Below are positions 36,885-44,896 of a stretch of 64,000 bases of DNA, one piece after another; within the stretch, counting starts at the first letter, position 1, and each line of letters starts with the position of its first letter. The stretch lies in IMG/VR virus record IMGVR_UViG_3300023705_000157; one strand, 5' to 3'. The stretch is from an uncultured virus (IMG/VR IMGVR_UViG_3300023705_000157). Its lineage: Duplodnaviria; Heunggongvirae; Uroviricota; Caudoviricetes. The position numbers were made by a program, and so were the translations under genes. The notes under the pieces are model-generated. The model saw only the letters and a program-made list of their open reading frames with translations, did no database searches and had not been told where the DNA came from.

Positions 36885-38002
36885 CCAACGACGAGATGAT
36901 GGTCAGATACTTTCTGGCCCGCATCCTCTGGTGGCGTCACGATCTCGAACAGCTTGAGGCGGAAGCCGTCGCGGAACTCATAACGACGCTGGAAGCTACA
37001 CAAGCTGACCTCCGCACCCGCCTGCTTGCAGACGCAGACGAACTGGCCCGGATTGACGACTGGACGCTTGAGCGCATGCAGCAGGCGAACGCATGGCTTG
37101 ATGAAGCTCTGGCAGGGGCGCGCAGCACCATGCTTGCCACGGTCACGGAATCAACCTTGACCGCTGCGGCGGCATCCCTTGCCGCATACAATGCCATCGT
37201 GTCTTTCGAGGGCGCGGCCCGGGCCGTCCGAACGGTGGGCATGAGCAGACCGCAGATCTCGCAATGGTTTCAAGAGACAACATTAGGCGGCGGCACATTG
37301 GACGAATGGATCGACGCGGCCTTTGACGACGGGGTGAAAGGCTCCATCCTTGGGGCCCTGCGCAAAGCAGGCATTGAGGGCAAGGGCACGGCTGCCACGG
37401 TTCGCAGCGTCATGGATGCAGCCATTGACGCAGGCGGTGAGATCACACGGCGCGAGGCCGTGACGCTGACGCGCACGTTTACCCAGACTGCCAATGTCAG
37501 GGCGCAGGATGCCGTTTTCAGCGCCAATGAAAGCCTTTTCAATGGGTACAGGTATGTGGCGACATTGGACAACAAAACATGCTTTGTGTGCGCAGTGGCT
37601 GACGGGGCGCAGTATGAAGTCGGCGAAAAACGTCCACCGCTTCCCAGGCATCCACGTTGCCGATGCGTTTATGTGCCTGTCTGCAAATCATGGGCAGATT
37701 GGGGGTTCAATGGCGTCACAGAGTTTGAGGAAGTTGCCCGGCCATGGACATTGCGGGAACCCGGCGAAATAGGAGCGGGGGGAAGAAAGATACTCAACGT
37801 GGGCAAAACAACAGAAAATTACAGCGGATGGTGGGCGTCCCTCCCCGAGGAAGAAAAGGCAACAACCGCCATAGGCCCCGTGCGCCGCTCCCTGCTGCGG
37901 GAGGGGAATGTCTCATGGGATGACCTATGGGAAAGGCACACGGGGCGCGTGAAGACGCTCAAAGAGCTGGGATATGACCAGCGGGGCGGCATTATTCGTT
38001 AA
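36881..38002 (+). CDS. Minor head protein (SPP1 gp7 / Mu F-like)
   Basis: ATLDNKTCFVC...PPLPRHPRCRC. Confidence 0.9.
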   Translation: MTNDEMMVRYFLARILWWRHDLEQLEAEAVAELITTLEATQADLRTRLLADADELARIDDWTLERMQQANAWLDEALAGARSTMLATVTESTLTAAAASLAAYNAIVSFEGAARAVRTVGMSRPQISQWFQETTLGGGTLDEWIDAAFDDGVKGSILGALRKAGIEGKGTAATVRSVMDAAIDAGGEITRREAVTLTRTFTQTANVRAQDAVFSANESLFNGYRYVATLDNKTCFVCAVADGAQYEVGEKRPPLPRHPRCRCVYVPVCKSWADWGFNGVTEFEEVARPWTLREPGEIGAGGRKILNVGKTTENYSGWWASLPEEEKATTAIGPVRRSLLREGNVSWDDLWERHTGRVKTLKELGYDQRGGIIR

Positions 38003-38005
38003 AGG

Positions 38006-38401
38006 CTAACGTGGGCAACCAGCCTTATTATCAACTGCATATTGTGTCATCGTAATAAAATCGCCAATCAAGCCGATGGTGGAAACGCTGTAAACATCAA
38101 CTCTTATTCTGTCTTTCCGTTCTTCTTTCATGTCTGTATGGGCATACCAACCCTGTCCAACCATTGTATATGATGCTCCAGCCTCGCCAGTATTATTATC
38201 TATAAATGTATTTGAAACAGGCAATCCGCATTCATTATATTTTTTTATTGTACGGTTGAAAACATTTTGTAGTGAATCATCAGCATAGTAAACATGATGA
38301 ATTTTCCCATTCTTTCGCAGTTCGCTGACGTTTGATGCAGCACAGCCCGTACACAGCAGAAACGATAACGCAAGCAATAACAGGATGGAAAAGCGCTTCA
38401 T
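38006..38401 (-). CDS. AT-rich lipoprotein moron
   Basis: MKRFSILLLLALSFLLCTGC lipobox; antisense to the head genes. Confidence 0.8.
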   Translation of the reverse strand: MKRFSILLLLALSFLLCTGCAASNVSELRKNGKIHHVYYADDSLQNVFNRTIKKYNECGLPVSNTFIDNNTGEAGASYTMVGQGWYAHTDMKEERKDRIRVDVYSVSTIGLIGDFITMTQYAVDNKAGCPR

Positions 38402-38460
38402 ATCTCCCTCGCTTGTTTGATTCATACCCTGCCACAACCGCCCCATCGGCACAAATGAAA

Positions 38461-38542
38461 AAACCTGTCAACCCCTCCCAAACCGTCCCTAACCGTCTCT
38501 GAACGTCTGCAATCCGCAGGGCGTTTTTCCCCGTGATACGCT
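38461..38542 (+). promoter_or_regulatory. Putative late promoter 2 (scaffold/capsid)
   Basis: Copy of 29081-29162; extended -10 TGaTACGCT. Confidence 0.75.
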
Positions 38543-38584
38543 GCCCCCAAAAGAATGCGCCAGATCGCGCAAAGGAGAAGCGAG

Positions 38585-39349
38585 ATGCCCTGGAAAATGG
38601 ATGAATCCGGCAAGGCTTTGGTGACGGACAAGGACGGCAACCCGATTTTTGTGAAAGACGGCGGCGAGGAAGCCCCCGTCAACTATCCGGCCATGAGCGC
38701 CGCCCTTGCCAGGGCCAACAGCGAAGCCGCGGAGCGCCGTACCAAGCTGAAGGATTTGGAGGCCCGGCTTGCCCCCTTGGCCGACATCGAAGACATCCCC
38801 GCCTTTCTCGCGGCTGCGAAAAAGGACGCGGAAACGGTCAAATCGCTCACGGACAAGGAAAAGGACGCCGAGCAGGCGACCCGTGCCCGTATTGACGCCG
38901 CTGTGGCCCCCCTCAACCAGAAGATTGCCGAGCTGGAAAAGGGCAAGGCGGATGCCGAGGCCCGTTACCATCGGACAACCATTGAAGGGCAATTCGTCGG
39001 CTCCAAGTATGTGAACGAGGAATTGGTCAACGTGGCGATGACGCAGCAGCTTTTCGCCTCCCGTTTCTCCGTCAATGACGAGGGAAAGATCGTCGGCACG
39101 GATGCAAAGGGCGAGATCATCTATGACGAGCAAGGCGTTGCCAGCTTTGACAACGCCCTGCGCAAGATGGTCGCGGAAAGTCCCTACAAGGATTTTCTGG
39201 TGAAGGGCAGCCCCGCCAACGGAAGCGGCACCACCCCCGGCGGCAACAACCCGTCCAACCAGCAGAACAGCGCCACCCGTGAAGCCGTGGATAAAATGAC
39301 GCCTGTGGAGCGGGCAGAATTTTTCCGCAAGGGCGGCACGGTTCGCTAA
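38585..39349 (+). CDS. Capsid scaffolding protein
   Basis: Coiled coil with a G/S-rich tail; directly before the capsid gene. Confidence 0.8.
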   Translation: MPWKMDESGKALVTDKDGNPIFVKDGGEEAPVNYPAMSAALARANSEAAERRTKLKDLEARLAPLADIEDIPAFLAAAKKDAETVKSLTDKEKDAEQATRARIDAAVAPLNQKIAELEKGKADAEARYHRTTIEGQFVGSKYVNEELVNVAMTQQLFASRFSVNDEGKIVGTDAKGEIIYDEQGVASFDNALRKMVAESPYKDFLVKGSPANGSGTTPGGNNPSNQQNSATREAVDKMTPVERAEFFRKGGTVR

Positions 39350-39367
39350 CCCAGAAAGGAAGCAGTT

Positions 39368-40516
39368 ATGAACTCGACGCAGGCCCTCAACGCCCTCATG
39401 CCCACCCTGTATGCGGCCCTGGACATTGTTTCGCGTGAGATGGTGGGATTCCTCCCCGCCGTGTCCGTCAATGCGGCCCCGACGCAGGCGGCGCTCAACG
39501 AGAACATTCATATCCCCATGGTCAACTCTGCCGCTGCTGAAAACATCGTGCCCGGCACCCCCAGCAGCAACGGAGCGCCGAATCTCGACGGCGTGCAGAT
39601 GGCAATCACGAAATCCCGCATGGTTCCCGTGCGCTGGAACGGCGAGCAGCAGCTTGGCGTAAGCAACTCCGGCACATACAACATCGTTCAGGCCCAGCAG
39701 TTTGCGCAGGCCATGCGCACCCTGATCAACGAGATGGAGGCCGACATCGCCGCCCTTTACAAGGGCGCGTCCCGCGCCTACGGCAGTGCCGGTACGCAGA
39801 TTTTCTCCAGCAATGCCGTGGCCGCTGTCGCGCAGGCGCGGAAGATCCTTGCCGACAACGGCTCCCCCATGACCGACTTGCAGCTTGTCATCGACACGCT
39901 TTCCGGCGCGAATCTGCGTTCCGCCAGCAACCTGTTCAAGGCCAATGAAGCCGGAACCGATGCCACCCTGCGGCGCGGCGAACTGCTGAACCTCATGGGC
40001 TTTTCCATCCGCGAATCCGCGCAGATCGTCCAGCATTCCGGCGGAAGCGTCACCGGCAGCGCCTTGGTGAACAATGCGAGCGGCTATGCCAAGGGGGCAA
40101 AAACCATCGCCGTTGACGGCGCCACGGCCATCGCGCTCAAGGCGGGCGACCTGGTGAAGTTCGGATCGGACGATGCGCAGTATGTGCTGGATGCCGACGC
40201 GGACGCCACGCCCCTCGCCATTGCCGCACCCGGCCTTGTGGCTTCCGTGGCGGATAACGCCGCCGTTACGCCCGTCACCAGCTATACGCCCTGCCTGGCC
40301 TTTGACCGTAACGCCCTCCAGCTCATCGCCCGTGCTCCGGCCATGCCCGAAGGCGGTGATTCCGCCGACGACATTACCGTGCTGCAAGACCCGCTTTCCG
40401 GCATCCCCTTCCAGGTGTGCGTGTATCGCGGATACCGCGAGGTGCGCTATGAGGTGGGCATCGCCTGGGGCGTGAAGCTCATCAAGCCCGAGCATGTGGC
40501 CCTGCTCATCAGCTAG
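39368..40516 (+). CDS. Major capsid protein (P22 coat-like)
   Basis: ALDIVSREMVGF...YEVGIAWGVKLIKPE. Confidence 0.9.
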   Translation: MNSTQALNALMPTLYAALDIVSREMVGFLPAVSVNAAPTQAALNENIHIPMVNSAAAENIVPGTPSSNGAPNLDGVQMAITKSRMVPVRWNGEQQLGVSNSGTYNIVQAQQFAQAMRTLINEMEADIAALYKGASRAYGSAGTQIFSSNAVAAVAQARKILADNGSPMTDLQLVIDTLSGANLRSASNLFKANEAGTDATLRRGELLNLMGFSIRESAQIVQHSGGSVTGSALVNNASGYAKGAKTIAVDGATAIALKAGDLVKFGSDDAQYVLDADADATPLAIAAPGLVASVADNAAVTPVTSYTPCLAFDRNALQLIARAPAMPEGGDSADDITVLQDPLSGIPFQVCVYRGYREVRYEVGIAWGVKLIKPEHVALLIS

Positions 40517-40528
40517 GGGGGTGCTGTC

Positions 40529-40822
40529 ATGGTGCGCATGTATCACGACGATCCCGTGCAAACCGGCGGCCCGACAACTGCTGACGTGCCCGAAGAAGCC
40601 GTGCCGTGGATGCGGGACTGCGGCTGGTATGTGAAGACACCAGCCCCGGAACCCGCCCCCACGCCCGCGACCCCGGCCAATGATGAAGCGGCGGAACCCG
40701 CCGATAATGCCATCCCTGCTGCCCAGACGCCCGATCCTCCGGCGGCATCCGAGCCCTCCCCTGCCCACGGGGGCAAAGATGCCACCCCGTCCAAGTCCCG
40801 GGGGAAGACCGCCAAAGGGTAG
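40529..40822 (+). CDS. Small Pro/Ala-rich head-associated protein
   Basis: ADVPEEAV...GW followed by a low-complexity tail. Confidence 0.65.
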   Translation: MVRMYHDDPVQTGGPTTADVPEEAVPWMRDCGWYVKTPAPEPAPTPATPANDEAAEPADNAIPAAQTPDPPAASEPSPAHGGKDATPSKSRGKTAKG

Positions 40823-40831
40823 CACCTCCCA

Positions 40832-40871
40832 GCGCGGCGGCGGTCATCCCCTGCCGCCGCCGCGCCTTTTT
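40832..40871 (+). terminator. Intrinsic terminator after the capsid genes
   Basis: GCGCGGCGGCGG/CCGCCGCCGCGC stem plus TTTTT. Confidence 0.8.
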
Positions 40872-40882
40872 GGAGATTCGCC

Positions 40883-41458
40883 ATGCCGCTGACCGTTGAA
40901 GACGGCTCTATGCCGGATGCCGCAAACAGCTATGTGACGCTGCTTGAAGCCGACGCCTACCTCGTGCCGCGTGGTCTCTGGCAGGAAACGCCCGAAACGG
41001 ACAGTGACAATCTGACATCCCAAAAAGAATCCGCACTCATGCGGGCCTTTGACGCGCTCAATATCCTTGTCTGGCGGGGTGATTTGCCGACCTATGACCG
41101 CACTGTTGCATGGCCGCGCCAAAACGTCACTTTGCCGGGGAAGCCGCATAAATATCTCCCCGAAAACGTGATCCCTTCTGGCGTGAAGCAGGCCCAGATG
41201 GAGCTTGCCGCGCTCATGCTCTCCGGCACTGCCAATCCTCTTGCCCCGATGGAGAGGGGCGGCAGATACAGCAGTAAAAGCAAGAGCAGCACAGATACGG
41301 TCGATGTGCTGACCGAATCCAAGAGCGAAAGTGTGGCCTATGCCGACACTGCACCCGTGGAAACATATTTGCCCAGCGTCTACGGGCTGCTGCGTCCATG
41401 GCTGGCTGTCGTTCCCGGGCGCGGCGGTCTGCTTTGCGGCAGTGTCGTGAGGGCCTGA
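40883..41458 (+). CDS. Head-tail adaptor (DnaT-like family)
   Basis: VEDG...ANSYVTLLEADAY...AWPR. Confidence 0.8.
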   Translation: MPLTVEDGSMPDAANSYVTLLEADAYLVPRGLWQETPETDSDNLTSQKESALMRAFDALNILVWRGDLPTYDRTVAWPRQNVTLPGKPHKYLPENVIPSGVKQAQMELAALMLSGTANPLAPMERGGRYSSKSKSSTDTVDVLTESKSESVAYADTAPVETYLPSVYGLLRPWLAVVPGRGGLLCGSVVRA

Positions 41459-41459
41459 C

Positions 41460-41834
41460 ATGGACTACGCCAAGTTTATTGCCCTTGCACAGCGTAAAAT
41501 TTCCGATGCCGGGTTGCCCATGGTCTTTGTGCGGCGCGTCCGTGACGGAAACATCCCCGTCCCCGGCGGGGGATACGCCTATACCGAGACGGAAACCGAG
41601 TTCACGGGCCTGCGCACGGCACCCAGAAAAGCAGAGGTGGAAACAGGGCTTTTTGCCGGTTCCGATCTCATTGTCCTCATGCCCGGCGGCATCCTGACCG
41701 ATACCCCGACCACTGCGGACAGGCTGAAATTTGACGGCAAGCGCTGGGATATTCGCCAGATCCAAACCGTTGCCCCCGGCGCGGTGCCGATCCTTTACAA
41801 ATTCGCCGTCAAGGAATGCGGCAACGATGGCTGA
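41460..41834 (+). CDS. Head closure protein
   Basis: Position, size and beta-rich pattern. Confidence 0.65.
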   Translation: MDYAKFIALAQRKISDAGLPMVFVRRVRDGNIPVPGGGYAYTETETEFTGLRTAPRKAEVETGLFAGSDLIVLMPGGILTDTPTTADRLKFDGKRWDIRQIQTVAPGAVPILYKFAVKECGNDG

Positions 41835-42315
41835 TGACCATTTGGCGAGCCGTCGAGCGGCGTTGAAAGCCAAAATGAAGGAGATCGACGGCAGATTGTG
41901 CCGGGACGCCAAGGAACTTGAAAAGGCCTTTTCAGAATACGCGGCCGCAGCCCATGAATACGCCCTTCTGGCTTTCCTGTCGGCTCTGGGCAACGCATAT
42001 TCGCGTCTGGTGATGCGAACGCCGGTTGACACCGGCCGGGCGCGGGCAGGCTGGCATATTGAAGGACAGCAGAACGAATGGAAGCCGGAAGCGAAAACAT
42101 ACCCCGAAGCGAAGGGAAACGCTGCGGCGGCTATCGCAACGCAAATCAATAAGCTGGGGCGTGACCTGACAAGGGCCGACGTGGTGTATGTGATGAACAA
42201 TGTTGAATACATCCTGCCTCTGGAAGCCGGACACTCACAACAGTCATCCGGCTTTTGCGGCCTGTTTTTGCAAGAACTGCGAATGCAGCTTGAGCAAGCG
42301 GCGAGGGCGGCATGA
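41827..42315 (+). CDS. HK97 gp10-like neck protein
   Basis: TPVDTGRARAGW, NNVEYILPLEAGHSQQ. Confidence 0.85.
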   Translation: MADDHLASRRAALKAKMKEIDGRLCRDAKELEKAFSEYAAAAHEYALLAFLSALGNAYSRLVMRTPVDTGRARAGWHIEGQQNEWKPEAKTYPEAKGNAAAAIATQINKLGRDLTRADVVYVMNNVEYILPLEAGHSQQSSGFCGLFLQELRMQLEQAARAA

Positions 42316-42776
42316 TGGAGACAGGAAGCGTGAGACAAGCCCGCGTGGCCCTTGAATCGGCTCTTTTTGCGGCTCTGGCTGACGAATGTTCCAAAGGCGG
42401 CATTGTCTATCATCAGCCAGGAACAGACTTCGTGGCAGGCAGTGAGGGCGAAATCGTCATCATCCACAGGATGGCGCCGGGAAAAACCATGGTTGGGGAA
42501 ATGGGAGGGCGTCATGGCATCGTGCCCCGGCCAGGCGTCTACACCGTCACTTTTTCCTGCCCGAATGACGCGGATACCTTGGCCCGCGCCGAAGCTCTTT
42601 GCGATGTGGTGGAGCGGGCCTTTTACCGTTCTGATATTCCCATTGCCGACACAAATTGCTCGGTGATGTGCGACGAACCCTACACAACAAACGTGGGCTC
42701 TGTGCCCGGCACGACCCGCGTGGCGCTGTCCGTCACTATCCCCTGGTGGATGTGGGCGGGCGGCCCAGCGCACTAA
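42312..42776 (+). CDS. Tail terminator-like protein
   Basis: Position immediately before the tail tube gene. Confidence 0.6.
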   Translation: MMETGSVRQARVALESALFAALADECSKGGIVYHQPGTDFVAGSEGEIVIIHRMAPGKTMVGEMGGRHGIVPRPGVYTVTFSCPNDADTLARAEALCDVVERAFYRSDIPIADTNCSVMCDEPYTTNVGSVPGTTRVALSVTIPWWMWAGGPAH

Positions 42777-42788
42777 AGGAGAAAGACC

Positions 42789-44180
42789 ATGGCGAAAACA
42801 TGCCCCACGGCGGGGAAATCCAATGTTCAAGCGGTATGGGCCTGCATCGAGGACGTGAGCGGCATCCTGCAAAAACCCACGGCGGCTGACTTCATCGTGC
42901 CGCGCGGCAATGCCAGCATGACGCAGACGCCGGGCACTTCGGCCTCGGAAGAATTGTCGGAAACCCTGAACGCCATCGACATCTTCCAGAACGCCGTTGA
43001 CCCCGGCGAGGCCAGCATCCCCATGTATCTGCGCATTCCCGCCAGCGGACACATGCAGGGCCATGCGCTCATGCTTGCGGCGATGGGCAGGGTGCAGGAG
43101 CCTGGCACGGTCGCTGCGCAACTGGACGGAGCCCTGGCGGCAGCGGATGCCGACGTCGGCATAACGGGCATTGAAGGCGGCTTTTTCCCGCCGCGCGGCG
43201 TCGTGACGATTGAGGACGAAAAAATACTGTACACCGGCATCACCTGCGATGCCTCCGGCGTGGTGTCGGCGCTCACCGGGGTTACGCGCGGCTATGCGGG
43301 AACCACTGCGGCAGCGCATGACGCCGACACACAGGTAAGCCTGCTTTCCCGCGTGTACAGGCAGGACATTTGCCGCAACACCGTGTCCCTGTGGATGAAG
43401 AATGACAACGTGGTGACTTTCGGCAGCGGCGGCGTTGTGACCATGACGGGAATCAGCCTTTCCAACGAGAACGGGCAGGCTGTGGACTTCACCGTACAGT
43501 TCCGCCGCATGGGCTGGGCCGGGCGCTCGTTCCTCTCCACCTCTCCTTCCGGGGCTGTGCTGCATGTCGTGACATCCTCCGGGGCGAATGCCGCGCAGGC
43601 GTACAGCGTGGGGGCTTACATCAAGAACACCACCCAGGGCGACGACAACAGCGGGGCTGGGTACGCCGTTACCGCCGTGGATGCGGACAACGGCACCATC
43701 ACCCTTGCCGGTGCGCCCACGGGCTGGGTTGCTGATGACCAGATTGATGCGTGGACGCCGGAGAGCGCGCCCATCGGCGATGCCCTGGAATCGCGCAGCG
43801 CCCGTTTGTTCTTGGATGGCGCATCCGGAAAGGTGCGCGAGGGATCGCTTTCCATCGGCACGCCGACCGAGTTCCTTCGGGAAATCGGCGACGAATACCC
43901 CGGCGAATCCGTGGACACTAAGCGCGAAATCTCCATGACCATGAACGGCTTCATGCGGGCTGACGACGCGCGGGAGCTGGGGCGGGGCTACAACGGCTAC
44001 GAGGTGGCTGCCGTGCTGCGCTTCGGCAAGACCGCTATGCAGTCGCTTTCCGTCATCATGCCGCGTGTGCGTATGACCATGCCTGAAATCGGGGTGCAGA
44101 GCGCTTCGTTCACCCTTGACCGCAACGGCACAGCCTTGGGCGTGAAGGGCGAAGATGCCTTGTATCTGGTGCAGGAGTAA
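42789..44180 (+). CDS. Major tail (tube) protein with inserted domains
   Basis: Position; RGYAGTTAAAH insert motif; followed by the chaperone pair and TMP. Confidence 0.75.
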   Translation: MAKTCPTAGKSNVQAVWACIEDVSGILQKPTAADFIVPRGNASMTQTPGTSASEELSETLNAIDIFQNAVDPGEASIPMYLRIPASGHMQGHALMLAAMGRVQEPGTVAAQLDGALAAADADVGITGIEGGFFPPRGVVTIEDEKILYTGITCDASGVVSALTGVTRGYAGTTAAAHDADTQVSLLSRVYRQDICRNTVSLWMKNDNVVTFGSGGVVTMTGISLSNENGQAVDFTVQFRRMGWAGRSFLSTSPSGAVLHVVTSSGANAAQAYSVGAYIKNTTQGDDNSGAGYAVTAVDADNGTITLAGAPTGWVADDQIDAWTPESAPIGDALESRSARLFLDGASGKVREGSLSIGTPTEFLREIGDEYPGESVDTKREISMTMNGFMRADDARELGRGYNGYEVAAVLRFGKTAMQSLSVIMPRVRMTMPEIGVQSASFTLDRNGTALGVKGEDALYLVQE

Positions 44181-44185
44181 CCGCC

Positions 44186-44545
44186 ATGCGCATTCTGACG
44201 GAAGCATATAAGGACAGGCAGTATTTTATCGCGCTGAACGTGGAAAAGACGGAGGGCTTTTGGGCAAAGCCCCTGTCCTCCACGATTCGGCGGCAAGCCG
44301 CCCAAGAGGCGTTGATGGAGAGCGGCGGGGATCTGCCACTCGCTCAAACCATCGAACGGGGAAAGCTCTTGCAGGCGGCTCTGGCCGACTGGAAGGGAAT
44401 GTACGACATGGGCGGCAATGAACTGCCGTTCACCAAGGAAACCCTCAAGCTGTGTTGTGAGCATGACCCTGATCTGATGGATATTTTTCTCCATCGCGTC
44501 CGCAATATCGCCAGGTTCGGGGAGCTTGACGACGAAAAAAAATAG
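44186..44545 (+). CDS. Tail assembly chaperone (G-like)
   Basis: LADWKGMYDMGGNELPFT; ends GAA AAA AAA TAG. Confidence 0.85.
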   Translation: MRILTEAYKDRQYFIALNVEKTEGFWAKPLSSTIRRQAAQEALMESGGDLPLAQTIERGKLLQAALADWKGMYDMGGNELPFTKETLKLCCEHDPDLMDIFLHRVRNIARFGELDDEKK

Positions 44546-44892
44546 CTGCCTGGGCCGACTGGTTTTTCGCGGAGAATCGGCCCAGTTGTGATGAATGCCG
44601 CGACCTGTATTCCGACAGGGGGGATATGCCGCCGTGTGCCGAATGCGGCAAGCCTGTGCACCTTCCGCGCAAGATATTTCAAGCGTGGGAGGCTTGGGCG
44701 GAGCTTGACGCTTACGCCCGGCCCGTGGACGGCTTCGGCGGCTTTCCCCTGCCGCTCAATCTGGCTGACATCGACAGAATATGCGCCCGTTATGATGACC
44801 CCGAGGGCATCCGCTGGCGCGTACTCATGCTCGAAGAAAAGGCACTGACGTTCCGCCGCGCGGAATACCACAGAAAGCATCCAAAGAAGTGA
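44542..44892 (+). CDS. Tail assembly chaperone extension (T-like, -1 frameshift)
   Basis: -1 frame is open from the A8 run to 44892. Confidence 0.75.
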   Translation: MAAWADWFFAENRPSCDECRDLYSDRGDMPPCAECGKPVHLPRKIFQAWEAWAELDAYARPVDGFGGFPLPLNLADIDRICARYDDPEGIRWRVLMLEEKALTFRRAEYHRKHPKK

Positions 44893-44896
44893 CGCC

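Noticed and set aside
41214..44207. 997-aa and other long antisense ORFs (e.g. 38489-40825)
   Set aside because: They are opposite-strand shadows of GC-rich structural genes with no protein motifs.
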